Positions 36,998-45,548 are shown, counted from the stretch's first letter. The stretch is 64,000 nucleotides of DNA from a virus (IMGVR_UViG_3300005615_000001:7508-71507); one strand, 5' to 3'. The notes: generated by a model from the sequence alone, not told the origin. A program made the numbers and translations.

Positions 36998-37727
36998 CCG
37001 CACCGGCATCGCGTGGACCCAGAAGACGTGGAACCCATGGCATGGCTGCCACAAGATTTCACCCGGTTGTACAAACTGCTACATGTTCACGGAGAAGAAG
37101 CAATACGGGCAGGATCCGAACACCGTCGTGCGTTCGAAGACCATGTTCAACGCGCCGCTGAAGTGGAAAGAGCCGTCGCTCGTTTTCACGTGCTCGTGGT
37201 CTGATTGGTTCATCGAAGAGGCGGACGCGTGGCGCGCGGAAGCTGAGTGCGTCGCTGCGAAAACGGATCACATCTATCAAATTCTGACGAAGCGCATCGC
37301 GCGCGTACGCCGTGATTGCTCGCTCATCTCGCGCGAGTTCGAGCGGTGGGCAAATTCGTGGTTCGGCGTGAGTGTAGAGGACCGCAAGTACGGCCTGCCG
37401 AGAATCGACGATCTGCGCGAGGCGATCGACGACACGAATCGATTCCTTTCGATTGAGCCGCTACTAGAAGATCTCGGCGCGATCGACCTCTCCGGCATAG
37501 GGTGGGTGATTGTTGGCGGCGAGAGTGGCTTCAAGCGCCGGGAGATGGAGGTACGCTGGCTCGCGTCAATCGTGGAGCAGTGCGCCGCACAGGGCGTGCC
37601 GTGCTTCGTCAAGCAGGACTCCGCATTCAAGAGCGGGCAGCAGGGGCGGATACCTGATGATCTGATGCGCCGCGAGTTCCCCTCCGCCTTTCAGCGCGTG
37701 CTTGCGCCGGCGCTGGTGATTCCGTGA
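36990..37727 (+). CDS. phage Gp37/Gp68 (DUF5131) radical-SAM-like protein
   Basis: WNPWHGCHKISPGCTNCY; ILTKR; FLSIEPLL; WVIVGGESG. Confidence 0.9.
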   Translation: MGDRTGIAWTQKTWNPWHGCHKISPGCTNCYMFTEKKQYGQDPNTVVRSKTMFNAPLKWKEPSLVFTCSWSDWFIEEADAWRAEAECVAAKTDHIYQILTKRIARVRRDCSLISREFERWANSWFGVSVEDRKYGLPRIDDLREAIDDTNRFLSIEPLLEDLGAIDLSGIGWVIVGGESGFKRREMEVRWLASIVEQCAAQGVPCFVKQDSAFKSGQQGRIPDDLMRREFPSAFQRVLAPALVIP

Positions 37728-37915
37728 GGAACTCTCTCGCTGCCCTGCTGGCGCGCCTCTCAGCCTCGCTGCGCCGCCCGAAGTTCCCGCGCGATATCTG
37801 CGAAGGCTGCCGCATCCCGGGGCCAGCAGGCAGGCAGCCACGCGCGCGTACTGATGCGGAGATTGACCGGATGGCGCGGAAGATTCACGCGATGGGGATG
37901 CGGCGGGACGAATGA
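37724..37915 (+). CDS. small CxxC protein
   Basis: Coupled ORF. Confidence 0.4.
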   Translation: MRNSLAALLARLSASLRRPKFPRDICEGCRIPGPAGRQPRARTDAEIDRMARKIHAMGMRRDE

Positions 37916-38153
37916 TTGCCTACGCCTCGCCGGACTGGCACGCGCCGGAACTTGGACGCGCTACGTGTTGCCGGATGGCGACTCATGGTCTCCGCAACCG
38001 GCGTACATCGCACCGAAGGCTTCACACTCGCGCGCGAGATCAGCCCATCGACCCATGGAGAGTTCCTTGAAGAGTCGCTTGGCCGTGAACCTTCCCGCTC
38101 TGGAGCATGCGCGCGCCTTCTGGACCGAATACGGGCGGGTGCGGCTTTGGTAG
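37912..38153 (+). pseudogene. frameshifted, truncated remnant of the MIAYASRTGTRRNL phage family
   Basis: Removing one C at about 37930 restores MIAYASRTGTRRNLDALRVAGWRLMVSATGVHRTEGF. Confidence 0.55.
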
Positions 38154-38164
38154 GAAAGCGGTGG

Positions 38165-38193
38165 TTGACGGTTACGGCGTAACGGCGTAACCT
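38165..38193 (+). promoter_or_regulatory. sigma70 promoter of replication gene containing GTAACG/GTTACG repeats
   Basis: TTGACG-17-TAACCT. Confidence 0.7.
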
Positions 38194-38211
38194 CGTTGCC
38201 GAAATCGATCC

Positions 38212-39099
38212 GTGTTCGGAGGTGCTCTCCTGCCATTCGTCAAACTCGACTGCGGCATTCTGACATCAACGATTTGGGATGACTACGAGGCCCGAATAGT
38301 CTTCCTCACTGCCCTGCTTATGGCCGAGCCGCGCGAGTTCACGGAGCCGGTGCCGCAGATACATGTGCGACGTCTTGAGGGAACGGGATGGAGCGCACCG
38401 CCCGGTTGGTATGGCTTTGTAGCGGCAGCAGGATCAGGAATCGTCCGCCGCGCTGGCGGGATGTCACCGGAAGACGGGCTGGCTGCGCTTGAACGCCTCG
38501 GCTCACCCGAGCAAGAATCTCGCTCGCAGGAGCATGACGGCCGTCGATTGATTCGAGTGAACGGCGGCTACCTCGTGTTGAACTACGACAAGTATCGCGA
38601 GCGCGATTACACCGCCGCAGACCGCGTTCGAAGATGGCGCGAGCGTCACGGTGTAACGCGTAACAGTAACGCGGTAACGCGTAACGTTACGGCAACAGAA
38701 GCAGAGAGCAGAAGCAGAGAGCAGAAGCAAAGCGGAGAACCAAAGTCAAAACCGCCGCGCGCAAAGCGCGCTGACTCATCGAACGCCGACGTCATCGCCG
38801 AGATCGAGGCCTTTGAACCAGACGCGAAACAGCGCGAATGGGCGGCGCTGAAAGCGCCATCGGTGCCGGTCGATCTCGCGACAGAGGATTGGAAGATCCG
38901 CCTACGCGAGTGTAAGTACAGGACGAAGCAGGGACCGATCGCAAGCGCGCTTGCGTCGTGGCAGCGGCACATGCGCAACGCGGAAGAGTGGGGAACCTAC
39001 ACGAAGCGCCGCGCCGGAGGCAACGGAAGTCAGCCGGTTAACGCTTCACCTCGCCGCGTCCCGGTCTCCTACGCAGCGAACACGGACGAAGAGGTATGA
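38212..39099 (+). CDS. phage replication initiator protein
   Basis: FVKLDCGILTSTIW...LI.VNGGYLVLNYDKYR...AADRVRRWRER; TEAESR linker; start uncertain. Confidence 0.8.
   Translation: MFGGALLPFVKLDCGILTSTIWDDYEARIVFLTALLMAEPREFTEPVPQIHVRRLEGTGWSAPPGWYGFVAAAGSGIVRRAGGMSPEDGLAALERLGSPEQESRSQEHDGRRLIRVNGGYLVLNYDKYRERDYTAADRVRRWRERHGVTRNSNAVTRNVTATEAESRSREQKQSGEPKSKPPRAKRADSSNADVIAEIEAFEPDAKQREWAALKAPSVPVDLATEDWKIRLRECKYRTKQGPIASALASWQRHMRNAEEWGTYTKRRAGGNGSQPVNASPRRVPVSYAANTDEEV
38653..38691. repeat. GTAACG(C) iteron cluster, candidate replication origin
   Basis: Five tandem GTAAC units plus a GTTACG inside the initiator gene, followed by a purine-rich tract. Confidence 0.65.
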
Positions 39100-40007
39100 G
39101 CGAGCATCTGGACGAAGACGCGATGCTCAGCGCGGCTCAGGCAAAGCTGGAGATGATTCGAGAGCAGCTTCGAGCGCGGGGCAAATTCGAGCTCCCGGCG
39201 CAACCGGTGGCAGAGGTCACAGCAGAGATCATGACGCGCCTGCCGCATCCCGCATTCACCGAGAAACCGCCATCCGCTCTGCGACCGGTCGGTACATGGG
39301 AACCTCCGTGCGTCACCGTCGGATGTGGTCAACCTCTCGGCTACCTGACCAAAGAAGGGAGCTACGGCGCGATTGTGACGTGCGAAACGTGCCGTGCGAG
39401 AAACATGGGCGACCGCCTGCGATTGTCGGGAATCAGTCACATCGAGATCAACGAACCGCTCGATGAGTTGAAGGGCACAGGCGAGGCGTTCACGGGTTAC
39501 ATGGCCTACTGCGCACGGTTCGCGGCGCTGAAGCCGTACGAACGGCTTGATCCGCCCTTTGCCTTCGTATACGGCAGCAACGGCGTGGGAAAGAGCGCCG
39601 CGGCCGCGCGAGCAATGCGCGACGCAATAAAACGCGGATGTCAAGGCCGATTCGTCACGCTGCAAGGTCTGCTCTCCGAGATCTACGACGCCTACGGGTC
39701 AGCAGGGGCCGCCGATCAACGGGTGTTCTTCTCCAATGTGCATTTGCTTGTCGTCGACGACGTCGGACACGAGCACGCAACCGATCACTCGATGTCGGTG
39801 TTCTTCGAGCTCGTGAATAACCGATGGCGCAACCAACTGCCGACGATCTTCACGGCCAACTACGCGCCGGATCAGGCTTCGCTCGGTGCGGTCCAGCGGG
39901 ACAACGAAGCACGGATGAACGCACTTCTTGATCGTATCGGCGGCGGCGCCGGCGCGAATGTATTCCTCATCACCGGCAAATCTAAACGGGGTGCAAAACG
40001 AGCATGA
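39096..40007 (+). CDS. DnaC/IstB-like AAA+ helicase loader
   Basis: Walker A GSNGVGKS; Walker B LLVVDDVG; NNRW...PTIFTAN. Confidence 0.9.
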   Translation: MSEHLDEDAMLSAAQAKLEMIREQLRARGKFELPAQPVAEVTAEIMTRLPHPAFTEKPPSALRPVGTWEPPCVTVGCGQPLGYLTKEGSYGAIVTCETCRARNMGDRLRLSGISHIEINEPLDELKGTGEAFTGYMAYCARFAALKPYERLDPPFAFVYGSNGVGKSAAAARAMRDAIKRGCQGRFVTLQGLLSEIYDAYGSAGAADQRVFFSNVHLLVVDDVGHEHATDHSMSVFFELVNNRWRNQLPTIFTANYAPDQASLGAVQRDNEARMNALLDRIGGGAGANVFLITGKSKRGAKRA

Positions 40008-40366
40008 CAGAAACTGTCGTCGTAGTTCACCGCAAGAACGAACGCAGGTTCACCTGTGCGTGCGGCGTGCATCGAGAGTTCGCGCCACGCTCGCAAACGT
40101 TGACCTGCAGGTGTGGACGACTACACCGCCGCTTAACCGCGCACGATCCCGAAAGAGAGCGATCGGCAACGGAAACGATTGCTCACGGAGGGCTCGTGTT
40201 CCACCCTCTCGTCAGTTCAACGGTAACAGTGAACGGCGGGGACGGTTTGTACGGGGTTCAGCGTTGCCTCAAGTTTCGATGCGGTGACTGTGATGTTGTC
40301 GTTCAGGAGTGCGATCTCACGAAGCACTACGAGGCACATATCAAACGGCTCACGCGGACGGCGTAG
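40004..40366 (+). CDS. Cys/His-rich hypothetical protein
   Basis: CAC, CRC, CxxC...H motifs. Confidence 0.5.
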   Translation: MTETVVVVHRKNERRFTCACGVHREFAPRSQTLTCRCGRLHRRLTAHDPERERSATETIAHGGLVFHPLVSSTVTVNGGDGLYGVQRCLKFRCGDCDVVVQECDLTKHYEAHIKRLTRTA

Positions 40367-40385
40367 ACGAGAGGCAGATGGCGCT

Positions 40386-40622
40386 ATGACCAACTGGAAG
40401 GTTCCTCCCAACTACGCGGTCAGCGTTCTCCGAACTGACGCGCGAACGAATCGCGAGATCGCGAAGAAGAGCCGCGATCGTGGTGCAGCCGATGCGGTGA
40501 TCGCGTACTACACAGGATGCGCCGACGCAGTAGAGGAACTTTTGAAGCACATTGAGCGCGAAACGACGCTGATCGAAAGCCTTGACGCGCTTGCAACGAT
40601 ACGAAAGGAGATGCGGGCATGA
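40386..40622 (+). CDS. hypothetical protein
   Basis: Coupled to next gene. Confidence 0.5.
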   Translation: MTNWKVPPNYAVSVLRTDARTNREIAKKSRDRGAADAVIAYYTGCADAVEELLKHIERETTLIESLDALATIRKEMRA

Positions 40623-40858
40623 GCGAGCCGAGAAAGCAGTACCACGTGTGGTCATGCAAAATCGTTGTCCCTATTGACACAGCATTGCCAGAGGGATTCG
40701 ACAATCCTCCGCGCAGGGCGGCAGTGGATGTGATCGCGTCCGCCTTGGGCGAGGAGTCTGTCATCGCGTGCTTTTCGGGATGGGGCGGCGGGCTAAACGC
40801 GAGTGAGCGAGATTTCGTTGCCAAACACGGAAACCACGCTCACGAGGAGAAGTCATGA
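40619..40858 (+). CDS. hypothetical protein
   Basis: AGGAG SD; coupled. Confidence 0.55.
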   Translation: MSEPRKQYHVWSCKIVVPIDTALPEGFDNPPRRAAVDVIASALGEESVIACFSGWGGGLNASERDFVAKHGNHAHEEKS

Positions 40859-41250
40859 GCACAGAAGACAAGTCCACGTATGCCGAGTGGTCCATATTGG
40901 AGCTGATGGGCCACCGCAAACTCGGCGGATTCGTCCGCGAAACGCAGATCGCAGGCGCCGGAATGCTGCGCATCGACATCCCGGGCGCGGACGGTCAACC
41001 GGCCATCACGCAGTACTACCCGCCGAACTCCATGTACGGATTGACACCCGTCACCGAGGCAATGGCGCGCGCGGTAGCCGCACACAACGTTCCTCAGCCG
41101 GTCGCACGGTGGGAGTTGCCCGCAGCGCAGACAGCACGTCCGAGCGGCGGCAACGACGCGTCGCTGACCCGCGAGGAACAGGACGCGATCGACGCGAACG
41201 ATGACATGATGGACAACGATGACTCCGAGGACTGCGATGCGATCTTCTAG
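40855..41250 (+). CDS. conserved phage protein
   Basis: WSILELMGHRKLGGFVRE..IAG...LRIDIP motif. Confidence 0.75.
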   Translation: MSTEDKSTYAEWSILELMGHRKLGGFVRETQIAGAGMLRIDIPGADGQPAITQYYPPNSMYGLTPVTEAMARAVAAHNVPQPVARWELPAAQTARPSGGNDASLTREEQDAIDANDDMMDNDDSEDCDAIF

Positions 41251-41926
41251 GGCTGCGACGCGGGGACGTCTTTTCCTGCGCATTTTATGCGCTGTGTTAG
41301 TCACACTGCCCGTTGCCGCCCAACGCCGCCGCGCCGTCACCTCGCCGACGCCGTGCAGCGTGGACGCGATTGCGCAGTCTGACCGATGGCGACGGCTCAC
41401 GTTCGAAGGATGCGTTCTGACGGCCGCAGACGGTACGCGCACGATCAGCCGAGAGGATCGCTGTTACGTCAACGCGAAGACTTTCGAACCGCTCTACGGC
41501 CGCGATAACACGCGCTGCCAGGTCTACGACCAATGGGCAGCGGCACAGAGCGGACTGGAGTTCGTCGATTGGCTTGCGGGGCAGCTCGACGAAGACGGGA
41601 ACATGCTATACGACTCGCCCGCGTGGGAGTGCGAGTACGTCGCCGAGTTCAGAATTGGGCCGGTGGCACCGAAGCAGGAGGCACTTTCGACTTTCCGCAT
41701 TTGGGACGCTCGTGACCCGCGCGTGTGGGGAACGGTGATCGTGCCGGAGTACGTGGACGATAGCGGGTTGAAGCCATGCCGCGGGCACGAGTGCACATTC
41801 ACAGCATCGTTCAAGCTCGGATGCTGGCGACAGGTGGACATCGCGTGTCCAACGGCAGAGAATCCAAACGCGCAATGCATCGACAACGCGGCGGTTGCGG
41901 GTGCGAAGGTGAAGGTGGGTCAGTGA
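41237..41926 (+). CDS. secreted protein with RRRAV motif after signal peptide
   Basis: LFLRILCAVLVTLPVAA-QRRRAV; Cys-rich mature region. Confidence 0.65.
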   Translation: MRSSRAATRGRLFLRILCAVLVTLPVAAQRRRAVTSPTPCSVDAIAQSDRWRRLTFEGCVLTAADGTRTISREDRCYVNAKTFEPLYGRDNTRCQVYDQWAAAQSGLEFVDWLAGQLDEDGNMLYDSPAWECEYVAEFRIGPVAPKQEALSTFRIWDARDPRVWGTVIVPEYVDDSGLKPCRGHECTFTASFKLGCWRQVDIACPTAENPNAQCIDNAAVAGAKVKVGQ

Positions 41927-42369
41927 AGCAGCTATTCAATCGGGTATTTCACATCGAAGAAATCAACGGGGACGGCCTTTGCCCGACGTACCTCTATCGA
42001 TGGACGCTCCTCCGCGTCGGAAAGCTGTTCGCGATCTACCTGCACAAGTTCGTTGGTGACGATTGGTCGTCGGATCTTCACGACCACCCGAAACGATTCT
42101 GGTCGATCGGGTTGAAGGGCCAGTACACGGAATGGACGTTTGGCGGAATCAGGCTTAAAAGCCGAGTGTACCGCGCGCCTTGGATTCGGACGTTCCCGGC
42201 CACTCACATCCACCGACTCACAGGCCCGACGCCACAGCGACCGTGCTGGACATTGGTGATCGTCGGGCGCGCCGTTCAGAGTTGGGGATTCTGGCCGAAA
42301 CGAACGTTTGTGCCGTGGCGCACGTATGTCGGAAGTGACGCCGCCAAAGAAGCGAAGAGTTGCCCATGA
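41923..42369 (+). CDS. cupin (cysteine-dioxygenase-like) phage protein
   Basis: YLHKF...DLHDHP..FWSI.LKGQYTE...HIHRL...WTL...WGF. Confidence 0.8.
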   Translation: MKQLFNRVFHIEEINGDGLCPTYLYRWTLLRVGKLFAIYLHKFVGDDWSSDLHDHPKRFWSIGLKGQYTEWTFGGIRLKSRVYRAPWIRTFPATHIHRLTGPTPQRPCWTLVIVGRAVQSWGFWPKRTFVPWRTYVGSDAAKEAKSCP

Positions 42370-43598
42370 AACCACTTTGCGTAGACCTCTTCGCAGGTTC
42401 ATTCGGCTGGTCCGCCGGTTGGCTGGAGTTCGGCGGGCGTGTCATCGGTTTCGACATCGAACACGAATCGCATCATGGGCCAGTGCCGCACGGCGCCGAT
42501 CTCGTGTTGCAGGATGTCCGGACGATCAACGGCGCGCAGTTCAAAGACGCATCGCTGATCCTTGCGTCACCGCCGTGTCAGGTGTACAGCTACATGTCGA
42601 TGCCATGGACGCGCGCGAAGCGGATTGCTCAAGCGTTGACCGTGTTGAAGTTTGCCGGCGATGACTCCAACCATCCGCCGTTTCCAGATGGCTACACCGG
42701 CCCGCAGTCAATTGCCGCCCTGAACGAACTCTTCGAGGCCTGCTTCCGAATCCAACGCGAGGCGATAGCGGCGGCGGGACGGTTCATCCCGCTTGTGGTG
42801 GAGAACGTGAGGGGCGCGCAGCCGTGGGTTGGGCGGGCTCGCTGGATGTACGGATCGTACGCATTGTGGGGCGATGTGCCAGCGCTCATGCCGATAACGA
42901 CGAAACAGCGGAAGGTAAAGATGGCCTCGTGGCGGCACCCCTCTGATCCCCGTCACGTGAAGGGTCAAGGATTCAACACGCTCGCCGATCAGCAGACGAA
43001 GGCGGAAGACTTTGTAAAGGTGGGCGGCCCACGCGGAGATGATTGGTTCACGCACCACAACCGGCAGGAGTTCGAGGATCGCGTTACGAAGAACAGCGGC
43101 GGATCATGGTTCAACGTCGCGCACAACACGACCAGCGGGAAAGGACAGAATCCGGATGGAAGGCTCATTCATGGACGGACTGATTTTTCAGACGACGGTG
43201 GGCAGGATCTGCGGCGGATGCGCAGTGATGGAGCCGTGGGAACATCGGTGCTTCGGGGCGACGATGTGCACCTGTTCGGAGTGCAGGGAAGCGGAGCGGC
43301 TGTTCCCGATGGATGGAAAGTCGCCAGCGAAAGCGGACGAAGAACAGACGTAGGCAACGGTGTGCGATTCACATCTCAGGATTGCGGCATCGAGCGACAG
43401 CTACCGACCGAAGAGGATGCCGCTGAAGGCAGAAAGCAGCGCGGATCGGGACGCGAATGGTTCGCTGGCGAAGGCACGATCGGACGCACGACCGGCTCCA
43501 AATCGAACGCCCGCAAAGCCGCATCCGCCCGAATCGCAAGAATCCCGTACGCACTATCGTTGCACATCGCGCGCTGCTACTTTCCATCATCGCGATAA
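42366..43598 (+). CDS. C5-cytosine DNA methyltransferase-like protein
   Basis: Motif I DLFAG, motif IV SPPCQ, motif VI ENV; C-terminal ARKAASARIARIP. Confidence 0.85.
   Translation: MKPLCVDLFAGSFGWSAGWLEFGGRVIGFDIEHESHHGPVPHGADLVLQDVRTINGAQFKDASLILASPPCQVYSYMSMPWTRAKRIAQALTVLKFAGDDSNHPPFPDGYTGPQSIAALNELFEACFRIQREAIAAAGRFIPLVVENVRGAQPWVGRARWMYGSYALWGDVPALMPITTKQRKVKMASWRHPSDPRHVKGQGFNTLADQQTKAEDFVKVGGPRGDDWFTHHNRQEFEDRVTKNSGGSWFNVAHNTTSGKGQNPDGRLIHGRTDFSDDGGQDLRRMRSDGAVGTSVLRGDDVHLFGVQGSGAAVPDGWKVASESGRRTDVGNGVRFTSQDCGIERQLPTEEDAAEGRKQRGSGREWFAGEGTIGRTTGSKSNARKAASARIARIPYALSLHIARCYFPSSR
43171..43353 (+). CDS. candidate nested (+1 frame) Cys-rich miniprotein inside the methyltransferase gene
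   Basis: GGAAGG SD 7 nt before ATG; CGGC...HRC...CTCSEC in 60 aa. Confidence 0.45.
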   Translation: MDGLIFQTTVGRICGGCAVMEPWEHRCFGATMCTCSECREAERLFPMDGKSPAKADEEQT

Positions 43599-43608
43599 GG
43601 AGACACCC

Positions 43609-44832
43609 ATGTGGATCGGCACCGGTCTGGACTCGCAGTATTACCCGCAGAGTGAAGTCGCCGCGCGCGCTCTTGGCCCGCAAGGTCTCGGCTTCGTGAA
43701 CAGCATCGTGGTCATGTCGCTCGGCCGAGACGATGGTACGGATGTTGACGATCTCGGAATCCAGCGCGACGTGTGGAACGTCGCCGATCGCTCCATCGCG
43801 GCGATCATCGCCAGCGGCATGACCGTGACGTTGAAGGTTATGCAGTGGATGCCGCCGCAGGCGAGCGACGGCAAACCGGCTTTCCTCCGAAACGAGTACG
43901 GGCCGTGGGTAAATCACGGTTCGTGGCCGAAGAACGGCGGGTGGCACGTCTACGGTGAGTGCGCCGATGCACCGCCGAAGAAACTTTGCCCGAGTTGCCA
44001 AGCCGCGCCTGACCGCGTTGCGTGGATGAACAACCCGCCGAAGATCAGCGGCGCGTGGTGGCACGACGCGGGGCGACGAGTGGCGAATCGCTACGCCGAT
44101 GTGCTGGGCGGAAGTGGCAGACCGATGGAAATCGCCATCATCAACGAGTGGGGAGAAACGCTCTTCTCACCGTGGATTCGCCTGGCCAATCTCGGTCGCA
44201 TTTCACGCGCCGACGCGTTCCTCCCGTACGAAACCATCCGGAGCAACTTCATGGCAGGGGTGTGGAGCATCGCGCCCGAGGCGCGAGTAGTCGGACCCGA
44301 GGCCGCGTACTTCGGCGACCTTGAGCAAGCGCTGATGGACGAAGCCGAAAGCGGTGGCACGCACTTCCACACGGCGAGCGTGCATCCGTACGCGCCGGCG
44401 GGAACGTTTCCAGATGGGGTGTACAACCGCATGGATAACGAGTTCCTTGCGACGCTCACGAAGTATTTCGGACCCCGCGCTTTCGACCGAATGGCCAGGA
44501 TCACGGAAGTCGATGACGGCGGATCAACTGGCGATCCGCGAAAACCAGATGTGTCGAAAGCCGATGGCGTGCGGCTCGTGAACTTCCTGCGCGAGTTCCG
44601 CAAACGCTACGGCGCGATCATCGACGGCATGAACCTGGGCGGGCTCGAGTCGCGCCTGTTCACAGAGTGGCCACCGAAGACCGCCGCTCCGCAACTTACG
44701 CCGATGGGGCAGGAGTTACGGTCGTATCTGACCGAGCTCGCGAATGAAGTGCCGGATGTCAGCGAAGACATCGCGCGCATCCGCGCTGCCGTAGATTCCA
44801 TCGAACGACGTGTTCAGCGGCGGGAACCGTGA
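43609..44832 (+). CDS. clan GH-A glycoside hydrolase (GH5/GH39-like TIM barrel)
   Basis: IINE acid/base, EARVVGP, SVHPY, RITE nucleophile; AAGGAG SD. Confidence 0.75.
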   Translation: MWIGTGLDSQYYPQSEVAARALGPQGLGFVNSIVVMSLGRDDGTDVDDLGIQRDVWNVADRSIAAIIASGMTVTLKVMQWMPPQASDGKPAFLRNEYGPWVNHGSWPKNGGWHVYGECADAPPKKLCPSCQAAPDRVAWMNNPPKISGAWWHDAGRRVANRYADVLGGSGRPMEIAIINEWGETLFSPWIRLANLGRISRADAFLPYETIRSNFMAGVWSIAPEARVVGPEAAYFGDLEQALMDEAESGGTHFHTASVHPYAPAGTFPDGVYNRMDNEFLATLTKYFGPRAFDRMARITEVDDGGSTGDPRKPDVSKADGVRLVNFLREFRKRYGAIIDGMNLGGLESRLFTEWPPKTAAPQLTPMGQELRSYLTELANEVPDVSEDIARIRAAVDSIERRVQRREP

Positions 44833-45077
44833 CTTGCGCAGCCTGCGGCGACGCCTCAGGCAGCAAGCCGTTTTGCGGCACGTGCTGGAAGTTCTGTCCT
44901 GAGCCGACACGCGACGCGCTGAGAAGTGGACGGGCGGATGTGCGGCGCGTCGCTGAAATGATTCGCCTTCGGCGTCAACCCGCCGCGACTCTGCGGGCGG
45001 GTGACAGAAAGCGTCGCACGGGGAGGGAGCACTTCGACACGCCGCGTTTCGCGAGCTCAAGTTGGCGCAAAAGGTAG
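44829..45077 (+). CDS. Zn-finger basic protein (possible late regulator)
   Basis: CAAC...FCGTCW; directly precedes strong promoter. Confidence 0.5.
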   Translation: MTCAACGDASGSKPFCGTCWKFCPEPTRDALRSGRADVRRVAEMIRLRRQPAATLRAGDRKRRTGREHFDTPRFASSSWRKR

Positions 45078-45092
45078 TCGCGAAAGTACGCG

Positions 45093-45121
45093 TTGCCGTT
45101 CCGTGCAACACGCTGTATAGT
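45093..45121 (+). promoter_or_regulatory. sigma70 promoter upstream of packaging operon
   Basis: TTGCCG-17-TATAGT. Confidence 0.75.
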
Positions 45122-45141
45122 GGTCGCTCGCTTAGGGTCGC

Positions 45142-45290
45142 TGGTCTTTGAAATCTGATTCAGGAATGCGGCGGCGTGGGGTGTACACGCGTTGCGAACC
45201 GCGAGAACCCGGCCGGATAACTTGTGGCAAGCTCCATGGCGGTCGGTGTCGAACCCGGCCCGCAGACCTGAGTCAGTTTTGAAACGACCA
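45142..45290 (+). ncRNA. tRNA-like structured leader RNA within a long closing stem
   Basis: Paired segments 45155-64/45267-76 and 45167-71/45260-64; D-like arm GCGTG/CACGC; T-like arm GTCGG-TGTCGAAC-CCGGC. Confidence 0.6.
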
Positions 45291-45299
45291 AAGGAGGGG

Positions 45300-45548
45300 A
45301 TGGAAATGGCATCACGGAATCTTGCAATCTCAGTGGCTCAACGACTGCTCACCAAGCCGCACATCGGCGATGTACGGAAACGCATTGAGGCGTTGGCCGC
45401 CGCCGCTTTCGACGCGAAAGAAAAGGCGACGTACGACGATTTGCGTCCGCTGGCGCTTGACATCGCGGCGCTGGATAAGAAGCTGAACGAACCTCAGCCT
45501 GCGGCAACGGAACAGCAAGCCAAAGCGCCAGCGCAGAAGCCGAAGTAG
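45300..45548 (+). CDS. hypothetical protein
   Basis: AAGGAGG SD. Confidence 0.6.
   Translation: MEMASRNLAISVAQRLLTKPHIGDVRKRIEALAAAAFDAKEKATYDDLRPLALDIAALDKKLNEPQPAATEQQAKAPAQKPK

Noticed and set aside
38653-38740. Short tandem repeats as a CRISPR array
   Set aside because: 6-7 nt units without unique spacers, inside a coding gene; better explained as iterons.
43360-43608. N-terminal extension of the GH ORF
   Set aside because: Overlaps the methylase C-terminus; ATG 43609 has an AAGGAG SD.
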